Shown here: positions 60,490 to 64,000 of the stretch, piece by piece | Numbering within the stretch: the first letter of the stretch is position 1 | Layout of the letters: each line of letters opens with the position of its first letter | Assembly (NCBI GenBank): GCA_020057295.1 | Contig: JAGVGF010000003.1 | Span: 64,001-128,000 of the forward strand | Direction of reading: 5' to 3' | From: an archaeon | GTDB lineage: Archaea > Nanobdellota > Nanobdellia > Woesearchaeales > UBA9642 | Length of the DNA: 64,000 nt | Made by a program: the position numbers and the translations under genes | Notes under the pieces: generated by a model | Seen by the model: only the letters and a program-made list of their open reading frames with translations | What the model was told of the DNA's origin: nothing | Databases searched by the model: none

Positions 60490-63051
60490 CTACTCAAAAT
60501 TAAATTTCTCCATTAGTCTCTTTTTTACTGTAAATGTCACAATTAAGTAAATAGATACTATTCCAAATATTGTTGCGATATAATACCACGGTAATGGCTC
60601 AAATCCGAAGAATTTTCCTATTGGCAGCATAGTTATACTAAGTCCTGTTAACACAACAAGTACTGTAGTAAATATCAATGCCTTGCTTGGTCTGCTTTGT
60701 ATAAATGGTATTTTGTTAGTTCTTATTATATGTACTACTAATATTTGTGTAAACATAGATTCTATAAACCATGCTGTCTGAAATGCTGGTATAGTTGCTT
60801 TAAAGATTAAATACATCACAATAAATGTTGTAAAATCAAATATAGAGCTTATCGGACCCATAAATATCATATATCTTTTTATTGATTCAATATTCCAAGG
60901 TCTCGGTTTTTTGAGATATTCATCATCGACATTATCTGTCGGTATAGATAGTTGTGAAATATCATACATAAAATTATTTAATATTAGTTGTATTGGTAAC
61001 ATTGGAAGAAAAGGAAGAAATAGGCTCGCGCCAGCTAAACTAAACATATTACCAAAATTACTGCTCGCACCCATTCTGATATATTTTACTAAATTGCAAA
61101 ATACTTTACGCCCATCAATGATTCCGTCTTTTAATACCATTAAATTTTTGTTTAATAATATTATTCCTGCAGATTCTTTAGCAATATCTACTCCGTTATT
61201 TACACTTATGCCAACATCTGCCTTTTTTAATGTTGGCGCATCGTTAATTCCATCTCCTAGAAATCCTACCGTATGTCCATTCTTTTGTAATGCTTCAACA
61301 ACTCTCTCTTTCTGCAATGGTGCAACTCTAGTGAATACTGAAACATTTTCTACTAACGCACGCAATTCTGCATCGTTTAATTTATCAATATTTGCGCCCG
61401 TAGTATATCCTTTAATCTTTAATCCTAATTCAGTGCATATTTTTCTAGTTACTAATTCGTTATCTCCTGTTAATATTTTTACTTCCACACCCAGTTCATT
61501 TAATGCATTAATAGCATTTCTGGCGTCATGTTTTGGAGGGTCTAAGAATGCTAAATATCCTTTGAATACTAAATTAGTTTCATCTTTAAAAGTATAATTC
61601 CCTTGCTTCTTTATAGGCTTATATGCTACTGCAAGTACCCGGAAACCGTCAGCACTTAATTTTTCATATTCTATATTTGCTTTTGATAATGCACCTTTAT
61701 TAATTTTGTAAGTTCGATTATTTATTTCATATTTAGTACATCTACTCAATATTTCCTCTGGGGCTCCTTTAGATATTATAACTAAACCTTTATGCTCCTC
61801 AGATTCTATGTCTGCTACTATGGACATCATTTTTCTTGTAAAATCAAAGGGTATCTCATCAATTTTTTTAATATTTTTGAATGTTATATGTTCATGTCTT
61901 AACACTGCTTCATCCATAACATTTCGTAATCCTGTCTGATAGAAGCTATTAATGAATCCGTATTTCATTACAGTATAATCTTCGCTTCCATTAATGTCTG
62001 AATATTTTTCTAGAATTATTTTGTCTTCAGTTAATGTGCCTGTCTTATCCGTACATAATATATCCATCGCTCCAAGATTTTGTATACTTTCAAGATGTTT
62101 TACTATAACTTGTTTCTTGGACATATCTCTCGCACCTTTAGCAAGGTTTAATGTTACAAGCATTGGTAACATTTCAGGAGTCAGGCCGACAGCTACTGCT
62201 AATGAGAATAATATAGATTCTATAACGTTACCTTTCAATAATGCATTTACTGCAAATATGAATATTACTAGTATTAATACAAACTTTATCATTAACCATG
62301 TAAAATCTCTAATTCCTCTATCGAATGATGTTTCGAAATTATCTTTGGCAATATTTCTTGCTATATGACTAAATTCGGTATATTTTCCTGTTGTTAATAC
62401 TAAACATGTTGCGGAACCGCTTACAACACTGGTTCCCATAAATGCCATGTTTTGTAAATCATTTATGTTGTCTGCTTTCTGTAATGTTTCATAATGTTTC
62501 TCTACAGGAAATGCTTCCCCGGTTAGTGATGATTCATTAACAAACAAATCTTTAGAATTAATAAGTCTAACATCCGCGGGCACTATATCTCCAGCAGATA
62601 AGTCTATAATATCTCCTGGGACAAGTTCGTGAATATTTATATCCTTAACTTTTCCGTTCCTAATTACAGTAATTTTTACTCTTACTAATTCTATTAATTT
62701 GTCTATTTCTTTACTAGATCTCTGTTCTTGATAGAATTCCATGCATACACTGGTCAAGATCATTATGAATATGAATAATGCACTAAATCTTTCAGCATAA
62801 AACAGTGTGAATACTGCGATAACAATTAAAACTATTATTAATGGATTAGTGAATTTTAGCAAGAATTGTAGTATTAATGATTTTTTATCACGTTTTATAG
62901 GATCATTATAACCATATTGTTTAATTCTCTTAGCTACTTCAGAATCAGATAGTCCGTTAGTACTGCTATTGAAATTCTTTAGAACAGTATCCGCATCAGT
63001 CTTTGCATACTCGTAATACTTAGAATCTAGTCCTTGATTAATATCACTCAC
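60490..63051 (-). CDS. mgtA: Mg2+-transporting P-type ATPase
   Basis: AVGLTPEMLP, DKTGTLT, PFDF.RK.MS, GDGINDAP, SSNFGN.FS, NN.MYD. Confidence 0.92.
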   Translation of the reverse strand: MSDINQGLDSKYYEYAKTDADTVLKNFNSSTNGLSDSEVAKRIKQYGYNDPIKRDKKSLILQFLLKFTNPLIIVLIVIAVFTLFYAERFSALFIFIMILTSVCMEFYQEQRSSKEIDKLIELVRVKITVIRNGKVKDINIHELVPGDIIDLSAGDIVPADVRLINSKDLFVNESSLTGEAFPVEKHYETLQKADNINDLQNMAFMGTSVVSGSATCLVLTTGKYTEFSHIARNIAKDNFETSFDRGIRDFTWLMIKFVLILVIFIFAVNALLKGNVIESILFSLAVAVGLTPEMLPMLVTLNLAKGARDMSKKQVIVKHLESIQNLGAMDILCTDKTGTLTEDKIILEKYSDINGSEDYTVMKYGFINSFYQTGLRNVMDEAVLRHEHITFKNIKKIDEIPFDFTRKMMSIVADIESEEHKGLVIISKGAPEEILSRCTKYEINNRTYKINKGALSKANIEYEKLSADGFRVLAVAYKPIKKQGNYTFKDETNLVFKGYLAFLDPPKHDARNAINALNELGVEVKILTGDNELVTRKICTELGLKIKGYTTGANIDKLNDAELRALVENVSVFTRVAPLQKERVVEALQKNGHTVGFLGDGINDAPTLKKADVGISVNNGVDIAKESAGIILLNKNLMVLKDGIIDGRKVFCNLVKYIRMGASSNFGNMFSLAGASLFLPFLPMLPIQLILNNFMYDISQLSIPTDNVDDEYLKKPRPWNIESIKRYMIFMGPISSIFDFTTFIVMYLIFKATIPAFQTAWFIESMFTQILVVHIIRTNKIPFIQSRPSKALIFTTVLVVLTGLSITMLPIGKFFGFEPLPWYYIATIFGIVSIYLIVTFTVKKRLMEKFNFE

Positions 63052-63160
63052 TAACAGTTCACCTCTTTAATCATTTAACTAGAATGATCCTATATAAATA
63101 TTACGCCATTTCAATCATAATACGAATAAATTTATAAAACATATTTTAATTACATACTTA

Positions 63161-63655
63161 ATGAGTAATTTACATACAGCTAATGATTTTGCAAAGTGGA
63201 TGGATCCTAAAAAAAAGGAATATTATATAGATAATATTATCTTGTATGGTTCTGTGGCTTTACGTGGTGAAGGTAAAGATATCGATATAATGCTTGTACA
63301 TCATAACACTGTTTTTGAAGAAATACAAAGGATGGTGTTTGAAAGAAGGTTTAAAGATGCTTATGATGTTTTTTTGGAGATTAACAAGTTACTACAAAAA
63401 AATAATTATGCACCTATATTAGATTTATTAGAAATTGATTCTTGTAATAGGGCGTTAAGAGATGATTTGTTGCATATACGTTTCGTAGATGTAAGAGTAT
63501 TTTCTGATAAACAATTTTATGATATAGAATATTCTAGAAATATTACAAAGACTTTTTTCGAGGATGTCTTAAAATATGCGTGGACATGGAATCCTAAGAC
63601 TGAAAAATTTGATATTCCTATGCGTGATGTTTATAAGATATCTCCTGTTAAATAA
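63161..63655 (+). CDS. Nucleotidyltransferase-domain protein (Pol-beta superfamily)
   Basis: ILYGSVA..G..KDIDIM motif. Confidence 0.7.
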   Translation: MSNLHTANDFAKWMDPKKKEYYIDNIILYGSVALRGEGKDIDIMLVHHNTVFEEIQRMVFERRFKDAYDVFLEINKLLQKNNYAPILDLLEIDSCNRALRDDLLHIRFVDVRVFSDKQFYDIEYSRNITKTFFEDVLKYAWTWNPKTEKFDIPMRDVYKISPVK

Positions 63656-63672
63656 ATGTCTTAACTTAATTT

Positions 63673-64000
63673 TTAATATCCGAACAAACTTGATTGTGTA
63701 GAATTTTTTAGTATATCATCAAAGTTCTTTCCATAAACGAATAATATAGTGTCTGCAATCGGTTTTATTTGTTTGTCTATGTAATGTTCGTAGTCTGGTT
63801 TATGTGTTAATTTCTCTACAGGTTCAGGTCCTTCCACTGTTACAACATACTGTATAAAGTTTGATGTCAATTTATCTAGCATTCTTGCAGCTTTAACATG
63901 TGGAGGAGTTGTTTTTGTGTATTCATTCAATGGTTTACTTATACTCTTTCTATATATCAACAAGTCATCATATTTTCCATCCTTTAAATGTTTAATAAAT
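63673..64000 (-). CDS. polB: Family B DNA polymerase (Pol II-like), C-terminal fragment
   Basis: L.EYTKTTPPHVKAAR, IQYVVT..GPEP, DYEHYI.KQ.KPIAD; frame runs off the window end. Confidence 0.85.
   Translation of the reverse strand, partial: FIKHLKDGKYDDLLIYRKSISKPLNEYTKTTPPHVKAARMLDKLTSNFIQYVVTVEGPEPVEKLTHKPDYEHYIDKQIKPIADTILFVYGKNFDDILKNSTQSSLFGY

Noticed and set aside
60911-62368. Long antisense ORFs (e.g. 60911..61597, 61994..62368; likewise 22541..23071, 30066..30578, 11763..12221)
   Set aside because: They lie fully opposite well-supported genes and have shadow-ORF composition with no motifs.
63161-63655. MNT-HEPN toxin-antitoxin pair
   Set aside because: No adjacent HEPN ORF; the neighbours are mgtA and polB.

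Overview
AT-rich archaeal chromosomal segment, most consistent with a DPANN (Woesearchaeota-like) genome. Archaeal markers are PCNA, Rpp21, Bud32, CDC48, GatD/GatE, deoxyhypusine synthase and TATA-box promoters with many leaderless genes. Several bacterial-type genes are also present (type I GAPDH, PepF, Tag, MgtA, Pol II-like PolB). Main blocks: (1) a copper-homeostasis cluster (5.6-11.4 kb) with a membrane-anchored wHTH regulator, CopZ, CopA and two CupA-like cupredoxins; (2) a run of orphan genes (16.4-20.1 kb); (3) purA with a structured upstream leader; (4) a ~9 kb NAD island between gatD and gatE; (5) a partial de novo purine operon (purL-purQ-purM-like-purN-like-purB); (6) glycosyltransferases, tRNA-Arg(CCT), cdd and mgtA. 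The NAD island is the best candidate for an undescribed system. It encodes a full deamidated salvage route (PncB, PncA, NadE, NadD-Nudix, NadK), NrtR and six GT-N7-AC operator-like palindromes. It also carries three enzymes that salvage does not need: a TRAM-less MiaB-type radical SAM methylthiotransferase, a nucleoside deoxyribosyltransferase-like protein and a NadM-like/methyltransferase fusion. All calls rest on motif recognition by eye; no searches were run.
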